A stretch of 9,448 nucleotides of DNA from IMG/VR virus record IMGVR_UViG_2579778821_000001; one strand, written 5' to 3'. Below are positions 1-6,752 of this stretch, in pieces; positions within the stretch are counted from its first letter, which is position 1; every line of letters begins with the position of its first letter. The stretch comes from a virus. Its lineage: Duplodnaviria > Heunggongvirae > Uroviricota > Caudoviricetes. The translations under genes were made by a program, and so were the position numbers. The notes under the pieces are model-generated. The model ran no database searches, was not told the origin of the DNA, and saw nothing but the letters and a program-made list of their open reading frames with translations.

Positions 1-1
1 G

Positions 2-889
2 CCGGTGGAGGACGGGCAGACCCGTGGAGCCAATCAGTTTTACAGCGTTATGGAACGGCTGAAGATGCTGGATTCCCTGCAGGCAACACAGCTTCAGTCG
101 GCCATAGTGAAGGCGATGTATGCAGCGACGATTGAAAGTGACCTTGATACCGAAAAGGCCTTTGAATATATCGCCGGTGCGCCGCAGGGGCAGAAGGATA
201 ATCCGCTTATTAATATTCTGGATAAGTTCTCCACCTGGTATGACACGAATAGCGTGACGCTGGGCGGTGTCAAAATTCCGCACCTTTTCCCCGGTGATGG
301 TCTGAAACTTCAGACCGCGCAGGATTCAGACAATGGATTTTCGGCGCTTGAACAGGCGCTGCTGCGGTATATCGCCGCCGGTCTTGGCGTTTCCTACGAA
401 CAGTTGTCCCGTGATTACTCGAAGGTCAGTTACTCAAGTGCCCGTGCATCCGCCAATGAGTCGTGGCGCTATTTTATGGGGCGGCGAAAATTTATTGCGT
501 CCCGGCTGGCCACGCAGATGTTTTCCTGCTGGCTGGAAGAGGCACTTCTTCGGGGGATTATTCGTCCGCCACGGGCACGGTTTGATTTTTATCAGGCGCG
601 ATCAGCCTGGTCACGGGCTGAGTGGATTGGAGCCGGAAGAATGGCCATTGACGGGCTCAAGGAGGTTCAGGAATCAGTGATGCGCATTGAGGCCGGACTG
701 AGCACGTATGAGAAAGAGCTGGCGCTGATGGGCGAGGATTATCAGGACATTTTCCGCCAGCAGGTCAGGGAATCTGCAGAGCGGGAAAAAGCCGGACTCT
801 CACGTCCGGTGTGGATAGCGCAGGCGTATCAGCAGCAGATAGCGGAGAGTCGCAGGCCGGAAGAGGAGACAACACCACGTGAGACGTAA
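2..889 (+). CDS. B: Portal protein, C-terminal part (5'-truncated by window edge)
   Basis: Frame is open from the window start (track ORF 5..889; codon 5-7 is GTG, not a real start) and ends at TAA 887-889. Position immediately upstream of the prohead protease and a C-terminal sequence consistent with lambda-type portal gpB as I recall it. Overlaps the protease start by 11 nt. Confidence 0.88.
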   Translation, partial: PVEDGQTRGANQFYSVMERLKMLDSLQATQLQSAIVKAMYAATIESDLDTEKAFEYIAGAPQGQKDNPLINILDKFSTWYDTNSVTLGGVKIPHLFPGDGLKLQTAQDSDNGFSALEQALLRYIAAGLGVSYEQLSRDYSKVSYSSARASANESWRYFMGRRKFIASRLATQMFSCWLEEALLRGIIRPPRARFDFYQARSAWSRAEWIGAGRMAIDGLKEVQESVMRIEAGLSTYEKELALMGEDYQDIFRQQVRESAEREKAGLSRPVWIAQAYQQQIAESRRPEEETTPRET

Positions 890-2384
890 TCTTTCACACA
901 TTATTGCAGCAGCATTCAATGAACCGCTGCTTCTGGAGCCCGCCTATGCGCGGGTTTTCTTTTGCGCGCTGGGGCGCGAGATGGGGGCAGCAAGTCTTTC
1001 GGTACCGCAACAGCAGGTACAGCTTGATGCTCCCGGGATGCTGGCTGAAACGGACGAGTACATGGCCGGAGGTAAACGACCGGCCCGTGTTTACCGGGTG
1101 GTGAACGGTATTGCGGTACTGCCGGTGACCGGCACGCTGGTGCACCGGCTGGGGGGGATGCGGCCATTTTCCGGAATGACTGGCTATGACGGCATTGTCG
1201 CCTGTCTTCAGCAGGCAATGGCAGATAGCCAGGTGCGGGGCATACTGCTGGACATTGACAGTCCGGGCGGGCAGGCCGCCGGTGCGTTTGACTGCGCTGA
1301 CATGATTTACCGCCTCCGGCAGCAGAAGCCGGTCTGGGCACTGTGTAATGACACGGCCTGTTCTGCGGCCATGCTGCTGGCGTCGGCCTGCTCCCGACGG
1401 CTGGTTACCCAGACATCCCGTATCGGTTCCATTGGCGTGATGATGAGCCATGTCAGCTATGCCGGTCATCTGGCGCAGGCCGGTGTGGATATCACGCTGA
1501 TTTACTCAGGGGCGCACAAGGTGGATGGCAATCAGTTTGAAGCGTTGCCGGCAGAGGTTCGCCAGGACATGCAGCAGCGGATTGATGCGGCGCGCCGGAT
1601 GTTTGCCGAAAAAGTGGCGATGTTTACCGGTCTGTCTGTTGATGCAGTCACGGGAACAGAGGCCGCTGTTTTTGAAGGTCAGTCCGGCATTGAGGCCGGG
1701 CTGGCGGATGAATTAATCAATGCGTCGGATGCCATCAGTGTGATGGCCACGGCGCTGAACAGTAATGTCAGAGGAGGCACTATGCCGCAATTAACTGCAA
1801 CGGAAGCCGCCGTGCAGGAGAACCAGCGAGTGATGGGGATCCTGACATGCCAGGAAGCGAAAGGACGTGAACAGCTTGCCACGATGCTGGCAGGGCAACA
1901 GGGCATGAGCGTTGAACAGGCCCGGGCGATTCTGGCCGCGGCGGCACGGCAGCAGCCGGTGGCATCCGCGCAGAGTGAAGCCGATCGCATTATGGCGTGT
2001 GAAGAAGCGAACGGTCGTGAACAACTGGCGGCAACGCTGGCGGCGATGCCGGAGATGACGGTGGAAAAAGCCCGCCCGATCCTGGCGGCTGCACCACTGG
2101 CGGATGCCGGGCCCTCGCTTCGTGATCAGATCATGGCCCTGGATGAGGCAAAAGGGGCAGAAGCGCAGGCTGAAAAACTGGCGGCCTGCCCGGGAATGAC
2201 CGTGGAGAACGCCCGGGCTGTGCTGGCTGCGGGATCAGGTAAGGCCGAACCGGTCTCTGCATCCACAACCGCCCTGTTTGAACATTTCATGGCGAATCAT
2301 TCACCGGCAGCGGTGCGGGGTGGCGTGTCACAGACGTCAGCAGACGGTGATGCGGACGTGAAAATGCTCATGGCCATGCCATGA
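879..2384 (+). CDS. C: Prohead maturation protease (S49/SppA-like, lambda gpC family) with C-terminal scaffold domain
   Basis: 501-aa ORF starting at GTG 879, with a GAGGAG Shine-Dalgarno at 863-868. The N-terminal segment AAFNEPLLLEPAYARVFFCAL and the core motifs GIAVLP, SGMTGY, GILLDIDSPGG, AGAFDCAD, KPVWAL, SRRLVTQTSRIGSIGVMM, ITLIYSGAHKVDGN and TGLSV align to lambda gpC from memory. Confidence 0.9.
   Translation: MRRNLSHIIAAAFNEPLLLEPAYARVFFCALGREMGAASLSVPQQQVQLDAPGMLAETDEYMAGGKRPARVYRVVNGIAVLPVTGTLVHRLGGMRPFSGMTGYDGIVACLQQAMADSQVRGILLDIDSPGGQAAGAFDCADMIYRLRQQKPVWALCNDTACSAAMLLASACSRRLVTQTSRIGSIGVMMSHVSYAGHLAQAGVDITLIYSGAHKVDGNQFEALPAEVRQDMQQRIDAARRMFAEKVAMFTGLSVDAVTGTEAAVFEGQSGIEAGLADELINASDAISVMATALNSNVRGGTMPQLTATEAAVQENQRVMGILTCQEAKGREQLATMLAGQQGMSVEQARAILAAAARQQPVASAQSEADRIMACEEANGREQLAATLAAMPEMTVEKARPILAAAPLADAGPSLRDQIMALDEAKGAEAQAEKLAACPGMTVENARAVLAAGSGKAEPVSASTTALFEHFMANHSPAAVRGGVSQTSADGDADVKMLMAMP
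1782..2384 (+). CDS. Nu3: Putative scaffolding protein translated from an internal in-frame start within the protease gene (Nu3-like nested gene)
   Basis: In-frame ATG at 1782 preceded by a strong SD GAGGAGG (1771-1777) at 4-nt spacing. It shares the stop of C. The ~200-aa length matches the lambda Nu3 arrangement, where Nu3 is the in-frame C-terminal third of C. Contains the three repeat modules. Confidence 0.6.
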   Translation: MPQLTATEAAVQENQRVMGILTCQEAKGREQLATMLAGQQGMSVEQARAILAAAARQQPVASAQSEADRIMACEEANGREQLAATLAAMPEMTVEKARPILAAAPLADAGPSLRDQIMALDEAKGAEAQAEKLAACPGMTVENARAVLAAGSGKAEPVSASTTALFEHFMANHSPAAVRGGVSQTSADGDADVKMLMAMP

Positions 2385-2420
2385 AGTCAGTGCTGACCAT
2401 CAATATGAGGTTTTAACAAA

Positions 2421-2768
2421 ATGGTGACGAAAACCATCACTGAACAGCGTGCGGAAGTACGTATTTTTGCCGGTAATGATCCGGCTCATACCGCCACAGG
2501 CAGCAGCGGGATTTCTTCTGCAACACCGGCTCTGACGCCCCTGATGCTGGATGAAGCCACCGGGAAACTGGTGGTCTGGGATGGACAGAAAGCCGGTAGT
2601 GCGGTTGGCATACTGGTACTGCCGCTTGAAGGCACAGAGACGGTGCTGACCTATTACAAGTCGGGGACCTTTGCGACGGAGGCAATCCGCTGGCCTGACA
2701 GTGTGGATGAACACAAAAAGGCAAATGCCTTTGCCGGCACAGCCCTGAGTCACGCGGCTCTGCCATAA
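2421..2768 (+). CDS. D: Head decoration protein (lambda gpD family)
   Basis: 115-aa ORF. The motifs NDPAHTAT, TPLMLD, KLVVWDG, AVGIL, YYKSGTF and AFAGTA align closely to lambda gpD (110 aa) from memory. SD GAGG about 10 nt upstream. Confidence 0.93.
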   Translation: MVTKTITEQRAEVRIFAGNDPAHTATGSSGISSATPALTPLMLDEATGKLVVWDGQKAGSAVGILVLPLEGTETVLTYYKSGTFATEAIRWPDSVDEHKKANAFAGTALSHAALP

Positions 2769-2775
2769 CACGTTA

Positions 2776-2797
2776 TCAGGCCACCATGGTGGCCTGA
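2776..2797. promoter_or_regulatory. Perfect 22-nt palindrome (TCAGGCCACCAT/ATGGTGGCCTGA) in the D-E intergenic spacer; possible RNA hairpin or protein-binding site
   Basis: Directly read: tcaggccaccatggtggcctga is its own reverse complement. It lies 8 nt after the D stop and about 28 nt before the E start. There is no clean U-tract after it, so it is not a canonical intrinsic terminator. Confidence 0.4.
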
Positions 2798-2825
2798 CTG
2801 ATTTCTGAATGAAAGGAACTGATTT

Positions 2826-3851
2826 ATGGGATTGTTTACGACCCGCCAGTTACTCGGTTATACCGAACAAAAAGTGAAATTCCGTGCGCTATTTCTGGAG
2901 CTGTTTTTCCGCCGTACGGTGAATTTCCACACCGAAGAGGTGATGCTGGACAAAATTACCGGAAAAACGCCGGTGGCGGCCTATGTCTCCCCGATCGTTG
3001 AAGGAAAAGTGCTTCGCCATCGCGGTGGTGAAACCCGCGTGTTACGTCCGGGCTACGTCAAGCCGAAACACGAATTTAATTACCAGCAGGCGGTTGAGCG
3101 CCTTCCCGGTGAAGATCCGGCTCAGCTGAACGACCCGGCCTACCGTCGTCTGCGTATCATTACCGATAACCTCAAACAGGAAGAGCACGCCATTGTCCAG
3201 GTGGAAGAAATGCAGGCGGTGAATGCCGTGCTGTATGGCAAATACACCATGGAAGGGGATCAGTTTGATACTGTCGAGGTCGATTTCGGCCGATCGAAGA
3301 AAATAACATCAGCAGGCAGCGGTAAAAAATGGTCAAAACAGGACCGTGACACGTTCGACCCGACACATGATATCGACCTTTACTGCGATCAGGCCAGCGG
3401 CCTTGTGAATATCGCCATTATGGACGGTACGGTCTGGCGTCTGCTGAATGGCTTTAAGCTGTTCCGCGAAAAAATGGATACCCGTCGCGGCTCAAATTCA
3501 CAACTCGAAACGGCAGTGAAAGATCTGGGCGCAGTGGTGTCCTTCAAGGGGTATTACGGCGATCTGGCCATTGTGGTGGCGAAAACGTCTTATGTGGCAG
3601 AGGACGGTACCGAAAAACGTTATCTGCCGGAGGGCATGCTGGTGCTGGGGAATACGGCAGCAGAGGGGATTCGTTGCTATGGTGCCATTAAGGATGCACA
3701 GGCGTTGTCTGAAGGAGTGGTGGCTTCTTCCCGTTACCCGAAACACTGGCTGACCGTGGGCGATCCGTCCTGTGAATTCACCATGACGCAGTCCGCGCCG
3801 CTGATGGTGCTGCCGGATCCGGATGAGTTTGTGGTGGTACAGGTGAAATAA
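2826..3851 (+). CDS. E: Major capsid protein (lambda gpE family)
   Basis: 341 aa, the same length as lambda gpE. Long collinear matches from memory: LFLELFFR, YVSPIV, PGYVKPKHE, DPAYRRLRII, VEEMQAV, GKYTM, RRGSNSQLETAVKDLG, MVLGNT, RYPK, FTMTQSAPLM and DPDEFV. SD AAAGGAA upstream. Confidence 0.95.
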   Translation: MGLFTTRQLLGYTEQKVKFRALFLELFFRRTVNFHTEEVMLDKITGKTPVAAYVSPIVEGKVLRHRGGETRVLRPGYVKPKHEFNYQQAVERLPGEDPAQLNDPAYRRLRIITDNLKQEEHAIVQVEEMQAVNAVLYGKYTMEGDQFDTVEVDFGRSKKITSAGSGKKWSKQDRDTFDPTHDIDLYCDQASGLVNIAIMDGTVWRLLNGFKLFREKMDTRRGSNSQLETAVKDLGAVVSFKGYYGDLAIVVAKTSYVAEDGTEKRYLPEGMLVLGNTAAEGIRCYGAIKDAQALSEGVVASSRYPKHWLTVGDPSCEFTMTQSAPLMVLPDPDEFVVVQVK

Positions 3852-3857
3852 TCCGTG

Positions 3858-3887
3858 AGCGGGGGCGAAATGCCCCCGTGTTTTTTT
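3858..3887 (+). terminator. Rho-independent terminator-like hairpin downstream of the major capsid gene
   Basis: GC stem CGGGGGC (3860-3866) pairs with GCCCCCG (3872-3878) around a GAAAT loop, followed by T7 (3881-3887). It starts 7 nt after the E stop. Confidence 0.7.
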
Positions 3888-3900
3888 CACAGGAGCTGAG

Positions 3901-4053
3901 ATGGCAACAAAAGAAGAAAATCTGAAACGTCTTCGTCAACTGGCTGACCTGCTGGGGCGCGAGGCGGATATGTCGGGGAGTGCTGCGGATATTGCACAAC
4001 GTGTGGCAGAGTGGGAAGAGGAGCTTGCGCCCCGGAAGGAAATAGCACTCTGA
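3901..4053 (+). CDS. FI: FI-like DNA packaging protein, N-terminal domain only (50 aa; gene appears frame-disrupted)
   Basis: ATG 3901 with SD AGGAG (3891-3895). The product MATKEENLKRLRQLADLLGRE...IAQRVAEWEEEL resembles the N-terminus of lambda gpFI (MTKDELIARLRSLGEQLNRD...LALRVAELKEEL) as I recall it. It ends at TGA 4051-4053, where lambda FI is 132 aa. Confidence 0.6.
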   Translation: MATKEENLKRLRQLADLLGREADMSGSAADIAQRVAEWEEELAPRKEIAL

Positions 4054-4252
4054 TGAGACCGGGCTGAGCAAAATCACACACACCGGTGAGGATGACGTTG
4101 GTATTCTGGAACGTATCAGGCTTCTGAAGTGTTTTTACCTGTGCGGTGTTGACGATGAAACAGGTGAGCCTGTTGAGCATGTTGATGCTGGCAGAGTAAT
4201 TCTGATGCCCCCCTCAGTGGCAAAAGACATGGTCAGCACGGAACGGCTGAAT
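4046..4252 (+). pseudogene. FI: FI-like C-terminal-domain coding remnant in the +1 frame, with no start codon and no stop before FII
   Basis: The FII frame is open from 4046 with no ATG, GTG or TTG until 4205. Its translation ...GEPVEHVDAGRVILMPPSVAKDMVSTERLN resembles the lambda gpFI C-terminus (...DEPVAFVLPGTAFRVSAGVAAEMTERGLARMQ) from memory. The other two frames are closed by multiple stops. Confidence 0.45.
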
Positions 4253-4606
4253 ATGCGTGATTTTCAGAATGCCTTTGATGCTGCCCTCGCCGGGGTAGAC
4301 AGTACGATCGTTGAAGTGATGGGGCTCTGTGCGCAGTTCACCTCGGGGGCACAGTGTGGCAGCGAAGTTCAGGGGGTTTTTGATGATCCGGAGTCGCTGG
4401 GGTTTGCCGGTAGCGGGGTCCGTATTGAAGGAAGCAGCCCGTCATTATTTGTGCGGACGGATACGGTTCGTGCCGTGCGGCGTGGTGACACGCTGACCAT
4501 TAATGGTGAGATATTCTGGGTGGATCGTGTTTCTCCGGATGACGGGGGCAGCTGTTATCTCTGGCTCAACCGTGGTCAACCACCCGCAGTTAACCGGCGA
4601 CGATAA
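4253..4606 (+). CDS. FII: Head-tail joining / head completion protein (lambda gpFII family)
   Basis: From ATG 4253 the 117-aa product MRDFQNAFDAALAG...GVFDDPE...GVRIEGSSPSLFVRTD...RRGDTLTI...FWVDRVSPDDGGSC.LWL.RG.PPAVNRRR aligns end-to-end with lambda gpFII (117 aa) from memory. The track ORF begins at an upstream in-frame ATG (4205), which would add 16 residues; the start is uncertain. Confidence 0.9.
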   Translation: MRDFQNAFDAALAGVDSTIVEVMGLCAQFTSGAQCGSEVQGVFDDPESLGFAGSGVRIEGSSPSLFVRTDTVRAVRRGDTLTINGEIFWVDRVSPDDGGSCYLWLNRGQPPAVNRRR

Positions 4607-4621
4607 ACGCAGGGTGAAATT

Positions 4622-5155
4622 ATGGCGATAAAAGGGCTTGATCAGGCGATTGACAATCTGAGCCGGGTTCGTAAAAACGCCATTCCGGCGGCTTCAGCAA
4701 TGACCATTAACCGCGTGGCCACAACGGCGATTAATCAGTCTTCATCACAGGTTGCCCGGGAGACAAAGGTTCGCCGGAAACTGGTTAAGGAACGGTCCAG
4801 ACTGAAACGGGCGACGGTCAGAAATCCGAATGCCAGAATTATCGTTAACCGCGGTGATCTCCCTGTGATTAAGCTGGGGATCAGGATGCTGGGGCGTCGC
4901 CCGAACAGCATACTTAAAGCCGGTCAGCATCGGTATCAGCGGGCATTTATTCAGCGATTAAAAAATGGTCGCTGGCATGTCATGCAGCGTGTGGCCGGGA
5001 AAAACCGTTACCCCATTGATGTGGTGAAAATCCCGATGGCGGCCCCACTGAAACAGGCATTTGATGAGAATGTTGACCGTATCCGGCGTGAACGCCTGCC
5101 TAAAGAACTGGCATCCGCGCTGAAACAACAACTGAGGATTGCAATAAAACGATGA
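4622..5155 (+). CDS. Z: Tail completion protein (lambda gpZ family)
   Basis: 177 aa. The motifs MAIKGL, NLSR, AINRVA, SQVARETKVRRKLVKER.RLKRATV, NRGDLPVIKLG, AFIQ.LKNGRWHVMQRVAGKNRYPIDVVKIPMA and RIRRERLPKEL match lambda gpZ from memory. SD AGGGTGA upstream. Confidence 0.93.
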   Translation: MAIKGLDQAIDNLSRVRKNAIPAASAMTINRVATTAINQSSSQVARETKVRRKLVKERSRLKRATVRNPNARIIVNRGDLPVIKLGIRMLGRRPNSILKAGQHRYQRAFIQRLKNGRWHVMQRVAGKNRYPIDVVKIPMAAPLKQAFDENVDRIRRERLPKELASALKQQLRIAIKR

Positions 5156-5547
5156 AACACACTGACATTCGTGCCGCAGTGCTGGATGCACTCGAGCAGC
5201 ATGAACACGGGGCGACGCTGTTTGATGGTCGCCCCGTTGTTTTTGACGAAGAGGATTTTCCTGCGATCGCGGTTTATCTGACGGATGCAGAGTATACCGG
5301 TGAAGAGCTGGATGCAGATACCTGGCGGGCCACACTGCATATTGAGGTGTTTTTACCGGCACAGGTACCGGATTCAGAGCTTGATCAGTGGATGGAAAGC
5401 CGGATTTACCCGGCGATGACCGCGATCCCGGCACTGGCAGGACTGATTACCACGATGGTTACGCAGGGCTATGAGTATCGTCGTGATGACGATATGGCGT
5501 TATGGAGCTCTGCGGATCTGACTTATTCCATTACATACGAGATGTGA
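5152..5547 (+). CDS. U: Tail terminator / tail-tube terminator protein (lambda gpU family)
   Basis: 131 aa, the same length as lambda gp[89 protein letters not shown] and ITYEM match from memory. The start overlaps the Z stop (ATGA). Confidence 0.95.
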   Translation: MKHTDIRAAVLDALEQHEHGATLFDGRPVVFDEEDFPAIAVYLTDAEYTGEELDADTWRATLHIEVFLPAQVPDSELDQWMESRIYPAMTAIPALAGLITTMVTQGYEYRRDDDMALWSSADLTYSITYEM

Positions 5548-5554
5548 GGACGAT

Positions 5555-6307
5555 ATGGCAACACCAAATCCCCTGGAGCCAGTAAAAGGTGCCGGTACCA
5601 CTCTGTGGGTTTACAACGGCAAGGGTGATGCTTATGCAAACCCGTTGTCAGACGATGACTGGCAGCGACTGGCTAAGGTGAAGGATCTGACGCCGGGCGA
5701 GATGACGGCAGAATCCTACGATGATAACTACCTGGATGATGAAGACGCAGACTGGACCGCGACCGGGCAGGGGCAGAAATCTGCAGGTGATACCAGTTTT
5801 ACGCTGGCCTGGAAACCGGGAGAGGAAGGCCAGAAAGGGCTTATAGGCTGGTTTGAAAGCGGCGATGTCCGGGCCTATAAAATCCGTTTTCCGAATGGCA
5901 CGGTGGATGTGTTTCGTGGCTGGGTCAGCAGTATCGGTAAGGCCGTGACGGCGAAAGAAGTGATCACCCGCACGGTGAAAGTCACTAACGTGGGTAAACC
6001 TTCTGTAGCGGAAGAACGCAGCAAAATTACGCCGGTCAGTGCGATTAAGGTGACGCCGACATCCGGTACGGTGGCAAAAGGGAAAACAACCACCCTGACG
6101 GTTTCTTTTGAGCCGGAAAGTGCAACCGACAAGACGTTCAGAGCGGTTTCCGCCGATCCGTCGAAAGCCACCATTAGTGTGAAAGATATGACAATTACGG
6201 TAAACGGCGTGGCGACAGGTAAGGTGCAGATCCCTGTGGTGAGCGGAAATGGTCAGTTCGCCGCAGTGGCTGAAGTCACCGTTACTGAAGCGGGCGCTGC
6301 AGGGTAA
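5555..6307 (+). CDS. V: Major tail tube protein with C-terminal Ig-like (Big_2-type) domain (lambda gpV family)
   Basis: 250 aa. [109 protein letters not shown] and the C-terminal [28 protein letters not shown] match lambda gpV from memory. Confidence 0.95.
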   Translation: MATPNPLEPVKGAGTTLWVYNGKGDAYANPLSDDDWQRLAKVKDLTPGEMTAESYDDNYLDDEDADWTATGQGQKSAGDTSFTLAWKPGEEGQKGLIGWFESGDVRAYKIRFPNGTVDVFRGWVSSIGKAVTAKEVITRTVKVTNVGKPSVAEERSKITPVSAIKVTPTSGTVAKGKTTTLTVSFEPESATDKTFRAVSADPSKATISVKDMTITVNGVATGKVQIPVVSGNGQFAAVAEVTVTEAGAAG

Positions 6308-6320
6308 ACGGAGGTAATAC

Positions 6321-6752
6321 ATGTTTCTGAAAACAGAACAATTTGAATATAACGGTGTGTCTGTCACGCTTTCCGAATTGTCTGCGCTGCAGCGTATCGA
6401 GCATCTTGCCCTCCTGAAACGGCGTGCAGAACAGGCAGAATCCTGCGGCAACCTGCAGGTTAGCGTGGAAGATCTCGTCAGAACCGGCGCGTTTCTGGTG
6501 GCGATGTCCCTGTGGCATAACCATCCACAGAAAACGCAGTCACCGTCAATGAATGAGGCCGTGATGAAGATAGAGCAGGAAGTGCTCACCACCTGGCCTG
6601 CCGATGCCATTGCCCGGGCGGAAGACGTGGTGTTGTGCCTGTCCGGGATGATCGAAGCTGTTCGTCCGGATACTGATATTACTGAAGTGGCGAAAAATAA
6701 CACGCTGACTGATGATGATTTTTCTGCGGGAAAGTCTTCGACGGCGAGCTGA
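6321..6752 (+). CDS. G: Tail assembly chaperone (lambda gpG family)
   Basis: 143 aa. MFLKTE.FE.NGV.VTLSELSALQRIEHLAL.KR.AEQAES, RTGAFLVAMSLWHNHPQKTQ.PSMNEAV and IEQEVLTTWP match lambda gpG from memory. SD GGAGG upstream. The slippery heptamer lies near the 3' end. Confidence 0.93.
   Translation: MFLKTEQFEYNGVSVTLSELSALQRIEHLALLKRRAEQAESCGNLQVSVEDLVRTGAFLVAMSLWHNHPQKTQSPSMNEAVMKIEQEVLTTWPADAIARAEDVVLCLSGMIEAVRPDTDITEVAKNNTLTDDDFSAGKSSTAS

Noticed and set aside
333-680. 115-aa + strand ORF in an alternative frame inside the portal gene
   Set aside because: It is embedded in the portal coding frame, which is supported by similarity to lambda-type portals. It has no RBS and an Arg/Pro/Gly-rich composition; it is an out-of-frame artefact.
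894-2024. Minus-strand and alternative-frame ORFs overlapping the protease/scaffold gene (894-1469, 916-1341, 1679-1990, 1780-1965, 1791-2024, 904-1104, 1525-1716)
   Set aside because: They overlap a well-supported protease/scaffold CDS and have no independent start signals or recognisable domains.
2400-2771. Minus-strand ORFs (2400-2771, 2437-2766) opposite the D gene
   Set aside because: They are antisense to the decoration protein gene, which has a clear lambda gpD-like translation, and have no supporting signals.
4046-4053. Programmed +1 frameshift at CUC-UGA (RF2/prfB-like) restoring full-length FI
   Set aside because: The P-site codon CUC cannot re-pair well in the +1 frame (UCU), and the upstream SD-like AAGGA is 8 nt away rather than the ~3 nt used in prfB. 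The product would also lack a stop before FII. A mutation or assembly indel is more parsimonious, but I kept the observation as a finding.
4205-4252. Upstream in-frame ATG (4205) as the true FII start, giving a 133-aa product
   Set aside because: Similarity to lambda gpFII begins exactly at the Met encoded at 4253 and the lengths then match (117 aa). The 16 upstream codons resemble the FI C-terminus rather than FII. This cannot be fully excluded without experimental start mapping.
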